A stretch of DNA of 64,000 nucleotides from Eledone cirrhosa. Its lineage: Eukaryota. Each line of letters begins with the position of its first letter. Positions within the stretch are counted from its first letter, which is position 1. This document shows, one piece after another, positions 51,110 to 63,821 of this stretch. A program made the translations under genes and the position numbers. Below the pieces are notes generated by a model, which did not search any database, was not told the origin of the DNA, and was given only the letters and a program-made list of their open reading frames with translations. Location: NCBI GenBank assembly GCA_964016885.1, contig OZ024741.1:283526001-283590000 (forward strand), in the 5' to 3' direction.

Positions 51110-51647
51110 GCAAACTGAACAAATTCCCTCATTCTGAGAAATGGGTTGATCATAAAACCAGATTTGGTAATCAGGTGAAGGTGCTGTGGGATTTCAGGAT
51201 GGAAACGGACAAAGAATTATAATACAGTAGGCCTTACTTGGTGGTTTTTGACAAGAAAAAAAGATCTTGCATGATTATAGATATAGCCCCTTTGACACAT
51301 GAGTGCAAGAAAAGGTGAAGGAGAAGGAGAAAATTAACTGGTACCAGGATTTAAAGGGGGAACTGAAAAGGATTTGGGACTGTCATGAGATCAAGGTCGT
51401 CCTCATCATCATAGGAGCACTAGGTACTATCTTGAATAGTTTCCAAGGCTGGTTAAAGAACATTAGCCCAGCCCTCTTTTTTTGAAACACTCATAAAGGC
51501 ATGCCTATTGGGAACAGCAAGGACCCTCTCATATGTCCTGAATATCTAAGGCTGCAGGTAGTGGTTTGATGTCCATTAGGGCAGATTTCCCTGTTAAATA
51601 ACATCAATGGCTGAGATACCAATATACCAACAACAACAATAATAATA
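51110..51647 (+). mobile_element. R4/Dong-clade (RLE) LINE 3' fragment 1
   Basis: VLWDF, RPYLVV, IIDIA, EKINWYQDL, IIIGALG, CLLGTA; (AAC)n(AAT)n tail. Confidence 0.8.
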
Positions 51648-52536
51648 CATGGCCAATACTTGAAAAAGTTGAATAGAGAGGAAGTAGACAAACAAAACAC
51701 ACACAACTGGCTACGAAGCACTGAACTGAAAGCTGAGACAGAAGGATTTCTGGTTGCAGCACAAGATCAAAGCCTCCCAACCAGAAATCACCTGAAATGC
51801 ATATTGAAAAAGAACATAGTGAGTAAATCCGGAATATGTGGAGGTGGGGAAGAAACCGTTAACCGCATTATCTCAGGCTTCCCAGTCTTAGCTAAAAAGG
51901 AATATATCCACAGACATGATAGAAAAGGGATCTACATACATTGGAAATTATGCTAACATTATGGCATAACCGCAGACAAAAGATGGTACAAACACACATC
52001 AGAAAATGTATCAGAGAATGACAAAACAACCATTCTCTGGGATATGACAATATATACAGACAGGGAGATCAAAACCAACAGACCAGACATTATAGTCAAA
52101 GACTACAAAGAAAAAAAATGTCTTCTGATTGCTGTATCAATCCCAAATAACAACAACATTTCTACCAAGGAAATGGAGAAACTATCCAAATATAAAGATT
52201 TAGAGACAGAAATAACCAGAATGTGGATGTTGAAGACAGAAACAATACCTATAATAATAGGTACTCTAGGAATGATAAAAAAACATGCAGACAGATACAT
52301 AACCAAACTCCAGGGCTCACAAATATATATAACATACAAAACACACCACTCATAGGCACCACACACACATATTACAAAGAGTACACTCAATATAATGGAA
52401 CAAATACCACCAAAAACCACAAAGCACATACCCAAAGTGCACAGAGCTGAGCTTGGTAATGCAGTGATAACGCACAAAATAACAACAACAACAACAACAA
52501 CAATAATAATAATAATGGTTCTAATAATAATAATAA
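51648..52536 (+). mobile_element. R4/Dong LINE 3' fragment 2
   Basis: HGQY, ETEGFLVAAQDQ, decayed CCHC, RHD, RPDII, EKLSKYKDL; (AAC)n(AAT)n tail. Confidence 0.88.
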
Positions 52537-52770
52537 TGTTTTCTTTATTAACCACAAGGGTTGACACAAAGCATAACATTAAGGACAACACAGGACAATA
52601 CAGGACGGTACAAATGGGCATTTCTGTGTGTTAAAAACAAAAACAGAGGATGCAACAAAAAAAGTAACAATGAAAAATTCCCCAATAGGGCAGAGACTTC
52701 CAATGGTCACTCGTGGAGAAAGCTCACAAAAAACCCACGGTTACCCTGACCCCTAGGGCAAGTGCCCTCT
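52537..52770 (-). mobile_element. L1/Tx1-like 3' UTR fragment
   Basis: Homologous to 55030-55260; AATAAA terminus on the minus strand. Confidence 0.6.
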
Positions 52771-52778
52771 TCCATATT

Positions 52779-52971
52779 AATAATTGTTTCTACTTTTGGT
52801 ACAAGGCCAGCAATTACTCAGTGTATTACTGGTACTTTATTTTATCGACCCCGTAAGGATGAAAGGTAAAGTTAACCTCGGTGGAATTTGAACTCAGAAT
52901 GGCAAGGGCCGTAACTCAATGCGTGAAAGCATGGCACCCAACCCTCTACCGATACTGCCAATCCACCGCCT
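52779..52971 (-). mobile_element. Full-length family-A SINE with 17-bp TSD
   Basis: tcttccatattaataat at 52768-52784 and 52972-52988. Confidence 0.92.
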
Positions 52972-53009
52972 TCTTCCATATTAATAATAATAATAATAAT
53001 AATAATAAT

Positions 53010-55030
53010 GGGAAGGCATCTCTATAACAGACATAAGGATAGCACTCAATAAAACTCATAAGTAAAAATCTCCTGGTAGAGACAGGGTGCCAAATTTCTG
53101 GCTTTCCTCACTCCCGTGCACTCACAATATATTAGTCAAGCTGTTCAACGGAATTATGAAAGATCCAAAAAATACACCTGACTGGATAGCAAGACGCATT
53201 ACTTACCTTCTCCCAAAGAACAATGAAACTAAGGATTAAAAAAACTATCAACCCATAACCTGCTTGTCCACCATAAGCTATTAACCTCTATTCTCATGGA
53301 GAATAGCATACGTGTTTTTGGAGGAGAACAATCTTTTCCCCATTGAACAAAAAGGGTGCCGACAAGATTCATATGGTTGTAAAGATCAATTCTTGATTAA
53401 TCGTATGATCCTTGAGAACTGTCACAATAAACACAGAAATCTCAATTCCGCATGGATGGACTTTAAAAAAAGCTTTTGACAACATTACGCACTCATGGAT
53501 TCTGAAATCACTGGACATCTTCAAAATCTCACCTGTTATTTCAGACTTCCTGAAACACAATATGTCATTGTGGAACACAAATCTCCAATTATTTCATTCC
53601 AATGGAGTACTAAGTTCTAAGAATATTAACATCAACTGTGGCATTTTCCAAGGTGACTCACTTTCTCCCTTACTTTTTTACATAGTTTTAATACCCCTTA
53701 CAACCAAACTTAATAGAACAGGGTACGGCTACAAAAGTGAAAACAAGAAAATAAGCCACCTATTTTATATGGATGATTTAAAGTTATATTGCAAAGACAA
53801 TGACAGCTTTTGCGGACAGTAAAAACATTTAGTGATGACTTCAGGATGGAGTTTGGACTTGATAAATGTGCCAAAGCCACTTTCCAGAAGGGCAAGCTTA
53901 TCAACTCAAACTCAGTTGAATTAGATACTGAAACAGTCATAAAATAACTTGAGCAGGAAGAAACCTATAAATACTTAGGGATTAATGAGGGCCCTGGCAT
54001 TCGGCATGCAAGTATGAAAGAGAGGATAAGGAGAGTACACACAGTTCTGAAATCAGAACTAAATGCTCATAACAAGGTGTTAGCCATAAATTCCTTGGCA
54101 ATTCCAGTTGTCACTTATAGCTTCGGTGTGTTGAACTGGAATATGAGTGAAATTAAAAGAATCGACACCAAAATCCATAAGTTATTGATTTGTAATAGGA
54201 TGCACCACCCGAAAGCAGATGTGGATCATCTTTACCTTCCTAAAACTCAAGGAGGCCATGGCCTGATCCAATTTGAACTTACCTGCAAGACCACCACTAT
54301 TGGACTGGCCAAATACCTTGAAATAACAAACGACTGTATGCTGAAACTTGTTGAAAAGCATGAGAGAAGTAAGAAGCTTCATTCTATCTTGAAAGAGAGC
54401 AAAAAGTGGTGTATTAACAAACCCTGAGGCTGTAACTGAAGGAGAAAAAGTAACAATTCTTTGGGACTTTCCTGTACATACTGACCGGACCATAAAAGCA
54501 AATAGACCAGATTGTAAAAGACCAACATAGCAAGGTCTGTTTACTGATTGATATGAGCTTCCCATGTGATCACAATAGCGCGGCAAAAGAATTTGACAAG
54601 CTAAGAAAATATAAAGATCTGCTTATTGAAATAAAAAAAATGTGGCACCTCAAGGCTGTTACAATACCAGTGATTGTGGTAGCACGAGGAATGATCAAGA
54701 AAGGAACAGAACAGTATTTGCGGATGATTCCTGGTTTACCCTCTCTGCAAGAGGTGCATTAAATTGTTTTGACTGGTACTGCACATGTATTGAGAAGAAC
54801 ACTATCTCTGTGAGAATGATGTCCCACCCTCTTGTGTAGATGTGTGTGTGTGTGAGTAGAACACTATCTCTGTAAGAATGATAAGCTGTAAATTATATTC
54901 AATGTGGTGTATTAACTGGCTTACCAATGTATACAATGGATTTATTTGCCCTAGGTGTCAAGAAGATACTCAGCATATATCAGAAACAATACTGAAGGAA
55001 AAGGAAAAACAACAAAAATAATAATAATAA
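53010..55030 (+). mobile_element. R4/Dong LINE fragment 3 (RT + RLE, internal deletion)
   Basis: EQKGCR, MDFKKAFD, GIFQGDSLSPLLF, FYMDDLKL, YKYLG, NRPD, KLRKYKDL; (AAT)n at both ends. Confidence 0.92.
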
Positions 55031-55410
55031 TGTTTTCTTTATTGACCACAAAGGGTTTACAAAAAATACATTAAGGACAACACAGGATGGTACAATGTGG
55101 GTTTCTGCACGTAAAAATGATCATAAAACAAAAACAAAGGATGTGACAAAAATAGAAACAAAAAAAAAATCCCCCAATAGGGAGAGACTTCCAAGGGTTA
55201 CTCGTAGAGAAAGCCAACAAAAGCCACAGTCACCCTGACCGCCAGGGCAAGTGCCCTCTCTTAGGTGTCCTCCCTCAATCTACAGGCACACACCCAGAGC
55301 AGGCCTATTCACTTGGGTCATTCTTGCCTCTTTTATCCACCTTCAACAAATTGCTTTGAAGGCAGCACTTCCTTCTCCACCTTGATTTTTCTCTTCAAGT
55401 GAAACCTGGA
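55030..55410 (-). mobile_element. L1/Tx1-like 3' end
   Basis: Minus strand FHLKRKIKVEKEVL plus a UTR with AATAAA. Confidence 0.6.
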
Positions 55411-56111
55411 TTACATGTTACCAGCACCACTTGAGAGCCAACCGACATAACATACATACATAATGGTTGTATCTTGGTTTTGAGAATTGCCATCTCTTGA
55501 CCTTTTTCTCATACATGGATGACATGAACATGACTTTTTAGTCCTTCCAAGGACTTAGATCCCTTTCTGCAAAGGCTGCAGCAAAACAACCTAGGTCAAC
55601 ATCATTATCTGCCATTGAGTCAAGGTTTTACATCAAAGTTTTTCTTCTAGAATGATATCCTAACAAGAACTAGGAGTCTCTCATTCTTGATGGGCTAACT
55701 ATGCATTTGGGCACCAAACTAAGTATTTCCATATTCCCAGACCTACATGCATCCATACATATACACATACATACATACAAATATATATATACACATACAT
55801 ACACACACATACATGTATACATACATGCATGCATACATACATGCATACATAGATACATACATAGATACATACATATATACATCACAGCCAAACAATTACG
55901 CCAACAAGTGACATTTGTTGAACATAAAAATAGAATTATTAATTGTAAGTCCCCCAGAACAAACATAGAATCAACAACACGTGCTACAGGTTGCCATGCT
56001 ACTAGACTTTCTAGCAGCCAGGTCGAACAGTGCCTTGAAACGACTATGCCCATAAGAAATTTGACACCACGTGTACCATCTGAGTCTGCCTGTTGTGGAA
56101 AATACTATCGA

Positions 56112-56222
56112 TAATAATAATTGTTTCTAATTTTGGCACAAGGCCAGCAATTACCCAGTGCATTACTGGTACTTTATTTTATCGACCCTGTAAGGATGAA
56201 AGGGAAAATTAACCTCGACGGG
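56112..56222 (-). mobile_element. 5'-truncated family-A SINE
   Basis: (TAA)n tail and central domain. Confidence 0.85.
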
Positions 56223-59200
56223 AAAAAGTATAAACAATTGAAATTTTCTCTCAACGAAATCTTCCAGAGAGAAATTAATTCATGTATAAACATTTCTCTT
56301 GCTGAACATAATAAAACAACAATACTAAATAAAATAAAACCAAATAATGAAATCTTACATGCTATTGATGAAATAGGGGATGAATATTTATGACGGATTA
56401 AAACCTCCACATTTTGGCAAAGCAACGCCTGTTTATATGCCCTAACAACAACAGTGAAGCATTATCTTAGTGATAGTAGAGATATTGACAAGAACAAAGC
56501 ACCACAATAAACACCACTGAAAAAAAGATTGCTGACCTACAAAAAACTATAGGATATGTGACAATGTCCCTTACATGCAAACAAAAACTAAAAAACTTCA
56601 CTCCTCACCAACAAAGAGTAAAAAATAAAATAGAAACGATGTTTCATGACAGTACAACCAGAACTCTTCAATATAAGCTGATCACCCTCAAACAAGAATT
56701 GAGAGCTGTCAGTGAGAAACTCTGATACCTGAAGATTCAGACGAAACCAAACATCAGTCTATAGAGATATGAAGGGCAAAGTAATAAATGTCACTGTGGT
56801 CCCATCCCAGATAGATTCCTTCTGGAGAAAAATATTGGGTGAAAACAAGAATTTCAACCATGATGCAGTGTGGCTAAAAGAAATCCAAAAGAACTATTGC
56901 TCCTACATTACAACAAAAACATACAAAATAAATGAGGATACCTTTGAGGCTGTGATAGGAAAATTCCAAGATAAGAAAACACCAGGAAGAGACATGATTG
57001 TCAGCTACTGGTACAAATAACTGATATTCTATCGGATGTATCTTATCAACCTCTACCAAGAAGTTCTCAAGGGAGATACACATATACCAGAATGGTTGGC
57101 ATTAGCACAAACAATACTGGACCCCAAAAACAAAGACACCCACTTGACAAAAAACTACTGACCCATTGCATACCAGAGCCTGATGTATAAGATGTATACA
57201 GCCTGCCTGAACCTGTTTCTCCAAGATCACTGTGGAAATAATAACATCATCACAGATGAACAAGTAGCTGGAAAGAAAGGTGTTTGGGGGTTTGCTGAAC
57301 AACTCCTAATCAACAATAATGCGATGTTGGAGGGGCAACAACTTAGGAGGAATATGGCTACAATCTGGCTGGACTACAGGAAAGCTTTTGATTCTGTTCC
57401 CCACTGTTGGATGATTGAGGCCCTCCAACTTGCTAAAGTCCATCAGAGCCATAGAGAAGCTGTCTCCTTGGGCTACTATCATAAATTTAAAAACAGAAGA
57501 CTCTATTTTCACTGATAAAATAGAATATCACAGGGGTATATTTCAAGGAGACAGTCTTTCTGTGCTACTATTTATCCTGTCATTAAACCCCTTGTCCTTT
57601 CTACTCAAGAAATGTGAAGGATACATCATTGGCTCACAGGAGGACAGAAATACGAACTTAACCCATAATTTCTTTGTAGATGACCTGAAACTCAATGCCA
57701 AGAACATAAATGGGATGAAGAAAAATCTTGACCTGATTACAACATTCTCAAAGGATAAAGGAATGGAGTTTGGACAAGATAAATGTTCATATATGACAGT
57801 AAAGTGGGGAAAAACTACAACCCAATCTAGCAACATTTTTATCAATGGCCTAACTGTTTCACTGATATCCGACAAGGACTGCTACCAACACTTGGGGATA
57901 GATTAGAATATATCCTATAATAGTTTGTGTAATAAGGGACGTGTAACCAGCGAATATTACATTAAGAAAAATATGGTCATTGGAACTCTCTGCATACAAT
58001 AAAACAGTGGCTCACAGTGTGTTTGCTGTGCCTGTCCTAACACCCACGTTTGGAATACTCGATTGGATGATAGACGAAATACGAGCAATTTTCGAGTTTT
58101 AAACTCGAAAATTTCTAAAGAACACCAGAAATTTCCACATTAACAGTGACATAGATTGCCTCTACTTGAAACATAAGCAGGGAGGCAAAGGCATTTGGGT
58201 TTCGCATCATATCCCTCTGACAACATTTACTAACCTCGAAGCGTAGAAGCCCATCTATTGAGCAAGTCTATCTGCATGAGATAGATAAAATCATGAGAGT
58301 TGGGAAAGAACTCCTTGAAAGATAATCCCTGCTTGATAATCAAAAACTCACACCCAAGGAAATTGCCCAGCAGTACCGCAGTGAATTCATGGATGAAAAA
58401 CTGCATGCTTATCAGCAAAAAATCATGCATGGACATGTTGCCAGGAAGCTCCAGAGTGTTTATCTTGCACCGCTATATTGGCTCCCACTTTGAAGGATAC
58501 ACCTTTGCAATCCAAGAACAGGAAATCAACACAAAATATCTGATTCACAAAAGAGATAGGGATGCAGGCAAAACACCTAGATGTAACAACAAGTGCAGAC
58601 TCTACAGAATTAACATCGAAGGTGTCACCCATGTCATAAGCAGCTGTCCAAGGATGTCATCGCGGTACTATCTACCTATGAGACATGATGTAGTGGCCAA
58701 AACATTGTACAATGTAATTTGTAGAAAAGATAGCCCCAACTTTAAACACATTAGAAGCTACAGCAATGTGAAAAACATACATATACATAATATGAAAGAG
58801 TACTGGTGGAATGTTCCAGTCAAAACCCCAATAAAATGCAGGCATAACAGACCAGATATAATGATATGGGACAGGGAAAAGAAGGCATGCACAGTAGTGG
58901 AAGTTAGCTGCCCAGCAGATGCCAATATAATATTAAAGATTAGAGGAAAGGAAAATATCTATGCAGAACTAATGAGAAATTTACAGATACTCCACCCTGA
59001 CTATACCTTCAGATTTCATCATCATCATCATCATCATTTCATTTTACGTCCGCTTTTGCAAGGCCAATGCTCTAACCACTAAGCCATGTGCCTCCATTTA
59101 TGCCTGTGATTATTGGGGCACTGAGATATGTTAGTAACTGTCTTAGTACAAAACTTGAGAAGCTGGGCTTCACAGAAACAGAACGAACACGACTAGTTAG

Positions 59201-59465
59201 GAAATTACAAGTACAAGCCATTAATGGAACAGTAAAAATATGTAAAACATTCCCAAAATTCTGCATTTAATAACTGCATATACACTTGTACAGATACAAA
59301 GCATATGCACATGCACACATATAACTCAAAACATATACATCCACACATACAATAACATCCATGCCTGCACACACATGCATGCAGACATGCATACATATCT
59401 ATCTTCTTGATGCTGTATAAATTCCATTGAGAAAGTCTTGTATCTATGTTAGAAACCGACTCTCT
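56223..59465 (+). mobile_element. R4/Dong LINE 4, long degenerate copy
   Basis: KTPGRD, WLDYRKAFDSVPH, GIFQGDSLS, FFVDDLKL, AIQEQEI, CRL...HVISSC, MRHD, RPDIMIWD, EVSCP, PVIIGAL. Confidence 0.92.
59017..59095 (-). mobile_element. 79-bp mini-SINE (family-B head fused to RTE tail) inserted in the R4 ORF
   Basis: ggaggcacatggcttagtggttagagcattggccttgcaa + aagcggacgtaaaatgaaat(gat)n; ATTT on both sides; removing it restores RFMPVIIGAL. Confidence 0.8.
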
Positions 59466-59524
59466 CACTATTGGCAAACATTTATGAAATTATAAAACTA
59501 GAAGAACATACATACATACATACT

Positions 59525-60400
59525 CCATTCAATGCTTGAACAAAATATAAAAATGGACCAATTCACTGAGAAGGTTGTACATTGGTATTTGAGGTGCAAA
59601 ACACAGTTCATAGAGGAAGTAAACTATACTAAAAGCCTGTCATGCAGTTCCAACAAGTTCATAACATCCCACCTAGAAGGATATCTCTATGAAATCCAGG
59701 AACAAAAAGTTTCCACCAAGTATCTCCTGCACAAAAAAGGAAGGTCATCAGTTGACAATAAATGTTGGCTGTGCAAAACAGAGACTGAAGATGTTAGCCA
59801 CATTATTGCCAACTGTGAAAGAATTTCTTGTCCCTTCCTCCACATGAGGCATGATGTAGTAGATAGAATGATCTGGAATGTATTACAGAAGACGAAAATC
59901 AAATCAAATAGTGAAGAATATGTTGAGACTGATGTCTCAAAGGAATACCAGAGGAATCTAAAAATAACTGCCACAAAATTTGGCATAACTGTTGTTTGGG
60001 ACTACACATTAAAACCTGCTCTGTTGTAGAAATCAACTGCCCACTTGATGTCAATGTAGTAAGAAAAATGCAAAAAGAAGGAGGATACCTACAGATCATT
60101 GATGGGGTGTTTGCAGATCCAGTATCCAAGATACATGTTCAGCTTTATACCCATCATTAATGGAGCTACAGGTTAAATACCAGCCTGCCAGGACGAAAAT
60201 ATAACTGAGCTTGAATTTGTGGAGAAAGAATGGCGTTCCTTAATTCGTAAGCTACAAATGGCCATGATATCTGGAACCTTCAAAATTTGTAAAACATTTT
60301 TACAATTAAAATGAAGAAAGAGCGCTTACACAAGGAACAATGACAATTTCTTTTCTTTACAACCTTGCCACTGGAAAGGTGTTTGGTCAAAACTAAATTC
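59525..60400 (+). mobile_element. R4/Dong LINE 3' fragment 5
   Basis: SHLEGYLYEIQEQ, CWLC...HIIANC, MRHD, EINCP. Confidence 0.85.
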
Positions 60401-60599
60401 AAAATAATGAATAAGAGAGAATATACATACATACATACATATGCATGCACGTATGTACGCATACATACATACATACACATGCACATACATACATACATAC
60501 ATGAAGGCTGCTCCCTCATTATCAAGTATGGCCTTTGCACAATAAAAAGAAGAACACATGTATATTAATTAATGGTGTTGCAATTGGATGTGGCTTTTT

Positions 60600-61065
60600 A
60601 GTCCAGCCAATTATCTAAAATGTCTTGTACAGAGTTGGCAACCATGACAAAAACATTCACTGGCAATAGCTGGCTGTGGTTGGACTTCATATACTTTTGC
60701 ATGTCGTTTGAGCCCTCCTACTGATCTACACTCTTTTCCACTTGCTTGACAAGCACGATGAGTAGCATCTCTTGTAGCAGCCTGGTAGTCAACCACTGGT
60801 CTCACTTTATGACTGTGAAGATGACTTTTGAGTCCAGCTTTGCTGAGGCAGAGTCTTGCACAGATGCTGCATGTCAGTGCCATAGGAGGACCTTTGCTGC
60901 CTGGAAATGACATCCCTTTCCTGACATCCCTTTTTACTTTCTTGTATGTAATTCGAGATGCTTCAAAAGCAACTTTCTCCTCATGTACAGTCTTACTCCA
61001 TTTACTACGATCAGCAGCTACACTTTCCCATGTATCAGTTGAGATGTTAGCATCTTCCAAGATAC
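60600..61065 (-). mobile_element. RTE LINE C-terminal fragment with C2H2 zinc fingers
   Basis: DTWESVAADRSKW (RTE C-terminus), then CSICARLCLSKAGLKSHLHSH and two decayed fingers. Confidence 0.7.
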
Positions 61066-61315
61066 ACTTTCAGCTTCATACTCATCATTATTGGAGTTAC
61101 AGGTTATATACCAACCCGCTTGGACCAAAGTATAACTGAACTTGGATTTGTGGACAAAGAGTGCAGCTCCCTAATTCATAGACTACAAATGACTGTGAAA
61201 GCTGGCACTTTCAAAACATTCTTGCGATTCAAGGGATGACAATTTCTTTTCTTTTACAACCTTGCCACCAGGAAGGTGGCTGGTCAAAAATGTACTCGAA
61301 ATTAAGAGAAAGAGA
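61066..61315 (+). mobile_element. R4/Dong 3' end fragment 6
   Basis: Homologous to 60135-60390 (IIIGVTGY...aaccttgccacc). Confidence 0.75.
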
Positions 61316-61321
61316 AATATA

Positions 61322-61352
<31 letters not shown>

Positions 61353-61415
61353 CATACATACATACATACATACATACCATCAATATATACATACATACAA
61401 TAATATTGAACTTAC

Positions 61416-61600
61416 CTGAACTGATTCACATTGATCCTGTGGAATTTCTATTTTTACATTACCAAAAGAAGAAACTCTCGAACAAATGATCATCTGTGAA
61501 AAATTTCTGTCTGTCATATTCAACGGTAACTGGATCCTCTGGTTATTGAACAACAGATTCAAAAAGCCATTGACATTGGTTTCGATTTGAAGCAGCAACA
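61416..61600 (-). CDS. Membrane-mucin-like gene, upstream exon
   Basis: Acceptor tttttgtttccag (phase 1), consensus donor CAG/gtaagt (phase 0), open frame; joins in frame to 46721. Confidence 0.7.
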
Positions 61601-62189
61601 CTGGAAACAAAAATTCACAAAGATTATACAAGCAGAATGGTCTGAGTTATATCAGTAGTTCCCAGAGACCCAGATTACATTCCTCTCCTTTTAATCTTAG
61701 GTTTTCTTCACCCCCTCTCGTGTCCCCAACAGTTTCAATTGTCATCTAGTCATTTTTCACTGGAACATGAACAAATTTTTCCAGCGTCAATAATTTTATA
61801 GTCTAGTGATTCTTAGAAACTAAGGTCACATTTCTCCCTTTGCCATCTCAGGTTTCCTCAGACCCTACTCCTGTATTTTGAATTCTTATCTTGTCATTTT
61901 TCACACAAGCAATATATGCCAATGAATATGCTTTATTTACATAAAATACTCAAATATATTTCAAGGTTAAAATTACAAAAAAAATAAAGAAGTTTGTGGG
62001 TTTAAATATCCATGCACACTTTGTAGAACTAACTTAGGGCCCTAAATACCCATGAACACCTATTGTAAATACCTATTGTAGAGCTAGCCTAGGGTGCTAA
62101 ATATCTAGTTGCTGGTGGAGAAACTGAAGGTCTTTGGGGTTCTTCCTATAAGTCTTTACTTATCTAGTAAATATCAAAATAGTAATTAC

Positions 62190-62357
62190 CTCCATTAACA
62201 TCACGTAATACATCAAACTGAGTTTTTACACAAGAGGTATCCATGAAACATGTGTCAAAAATGTGAGTTGTATTTATGTGTGGTGCTGGAAATAACATTG
62301 GAAAAGCAAATATGTTTTTGTTAATCAAATCATCAATTATGTTGCAAAACATCTTAT
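62190..62357 (-). CDS. Probable further upstream exon of the same gene
   Basis: 168 nt, phase 1-1, open frame with 3 Cys, donor GAG/gtaatt; acceptor (ggctacatag) is weak. Confidence 0.5.
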
Positions 62358-62504
62358 CTATGTAGCCATTTTGAACATTTTATTAATTAGGGAAAGACAC
62401 AGCCGACTGAGCTGCAAGAGTTATGGGGGCTCTAGCCCAATCCAAACTTCCCATAAAAAACAATATCAATAGTAAGGTTCAGTATAAAAATATATATCAT
62501 ACAT

Positions 62505-62875
62505 CTTGATCCACACTGTAAAGTGATTGTGCTGGTCACACAATAAAAACAAAGCACCCAGTCCACCCTGTAAGGTGGTCATGCTGGTGGCATGACAAAA
62601 ATTGCCCAGTCCACCCTTTAAGGTGGTAGTGCTGGTGACACAATAAAAAAAAACGTTCAGTATACCCTATAAGGTTGTGGTTTTGGTGCTACAATAAAAA
62701 GCACCCAGTCAACACTGCAACATGGTTGGTATTAGGAAGGACCTCTAGCCATAGAAATCAAAATACCTATCTGTATGAGCAAGACTTGGTCACCTGATCT
62801 GACTTGTTTCATAATGTGACAACCCATCTAGTCTATGCAACTATGAAAAAATGCATGATAAATGATGATGATGGT
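62505..62875 (+). mobile_element. RTE 3' UTR fragment with ~45-bp internal repeats
   Basis: Repeated cacactgtaaagtg...aaaagcacccagtc units; (GAT)n tail. Confidence 0.75.
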
Positions 62876-62932
62876 ATATATATATATATATAGTTATGTA
62901 GTAAACAACATAGGATAAAATATTTCATTTAC

Positions 62933-62972
62933 CAGTGGTTTCTTGAAGACAGATATTTATGTCTGTCTTCAT
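62933..62972 (-). CDS. Tentative first coding exon (MKTDINICLQETT)
   Basis: ATG preceded by an in-frame TGA; phase-1 donor G/gtaaat is compatible with the next exon; no signal peptide. Confidence 0.25.
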
Positions 62973-63234
62973 TCATCATAAAAATAATATGAAATATTTA
63001 TTTAATATGGATTTGAAAACAGAGTTTAGGATAAATGAAAGTGAGGCCGAAATAAAATAATGGGCAAAAAATTGAGGGGAAAAAAAATCCAGAACATAAA
63101 CATACACATACACATATTCAAACTCACGCATATACATAATAGTACGTAAATGTATACATTCACACACACATATATATATGTATATATGTGTGCGAGTATG
63201 TATAGAGATATTTATGTATGTGTGTAAATATGTA

Positions 63235-63271
<37 letters not shown>

Positions 63272-63380
63272 AGATTTACATACATATATATAAAGTCATA
63301 GATATATATGTGTTTTGCAATCGGTCATGTTGTGGCTCAATGAGAAATTAATAAATTAAATAAAATAAAATAATCAGAGC

Positions 63381-63821
63381 TATATATCATAAAATATGTC
63401 TTTAGAATCACTAGATATAATATATACCATATCCTCTCCCAAATAGTATAATTAACCATATAACAAATCAATTAGACCAAGCTATAAGAATAAAGGCTCC
63501 TATGAAGAAATCTTCGACAAATAATCGAAAGCAGCCCCTTAGCGGTGGCTACAATAGATTATTTATCTAATATTTCGACAGCATGTAAAAATCGACCAGA
63601 TATACAGTCAACTAAACACAATTAGGTGTAAAATTGAACTTAGAAGAATTGCGTACCGCGAAGGGGCTGCTTTCGGTTATTTGTCGAAGATTTTTTCATA
63701 GGAGCCTTTATTCTTATAGCTTGGTCTAATTGATTTTTTATATGGTTAATTATACTAATTGGGAGAGGAAATGGTATATATTATATCTAGTGATTCTAAA
63801 GACATATTTTATGATATATAT
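63381..63821. mobile_element. Foldback/MITE-like element with ~165-bp inverted arms, in a (TA)n context
   Basis: Arms 63381-63546 and 63655-63821; 108-bp spacer. Confidence 0.8.

Noticed and set aside
59430-59457. R4 3' UTR similarity to the family-A SINE tail (16/22 nt)
   Set aside because: Too short, and the tail repeats are on opposite strands, so it does not establish the LINE partner
63494-63540. Functional hammerhead in the 63-kb foldback arms
   Set aside because: The core reads CTATGA rather than CTGANGA and has no NUH site; kept only as a hint
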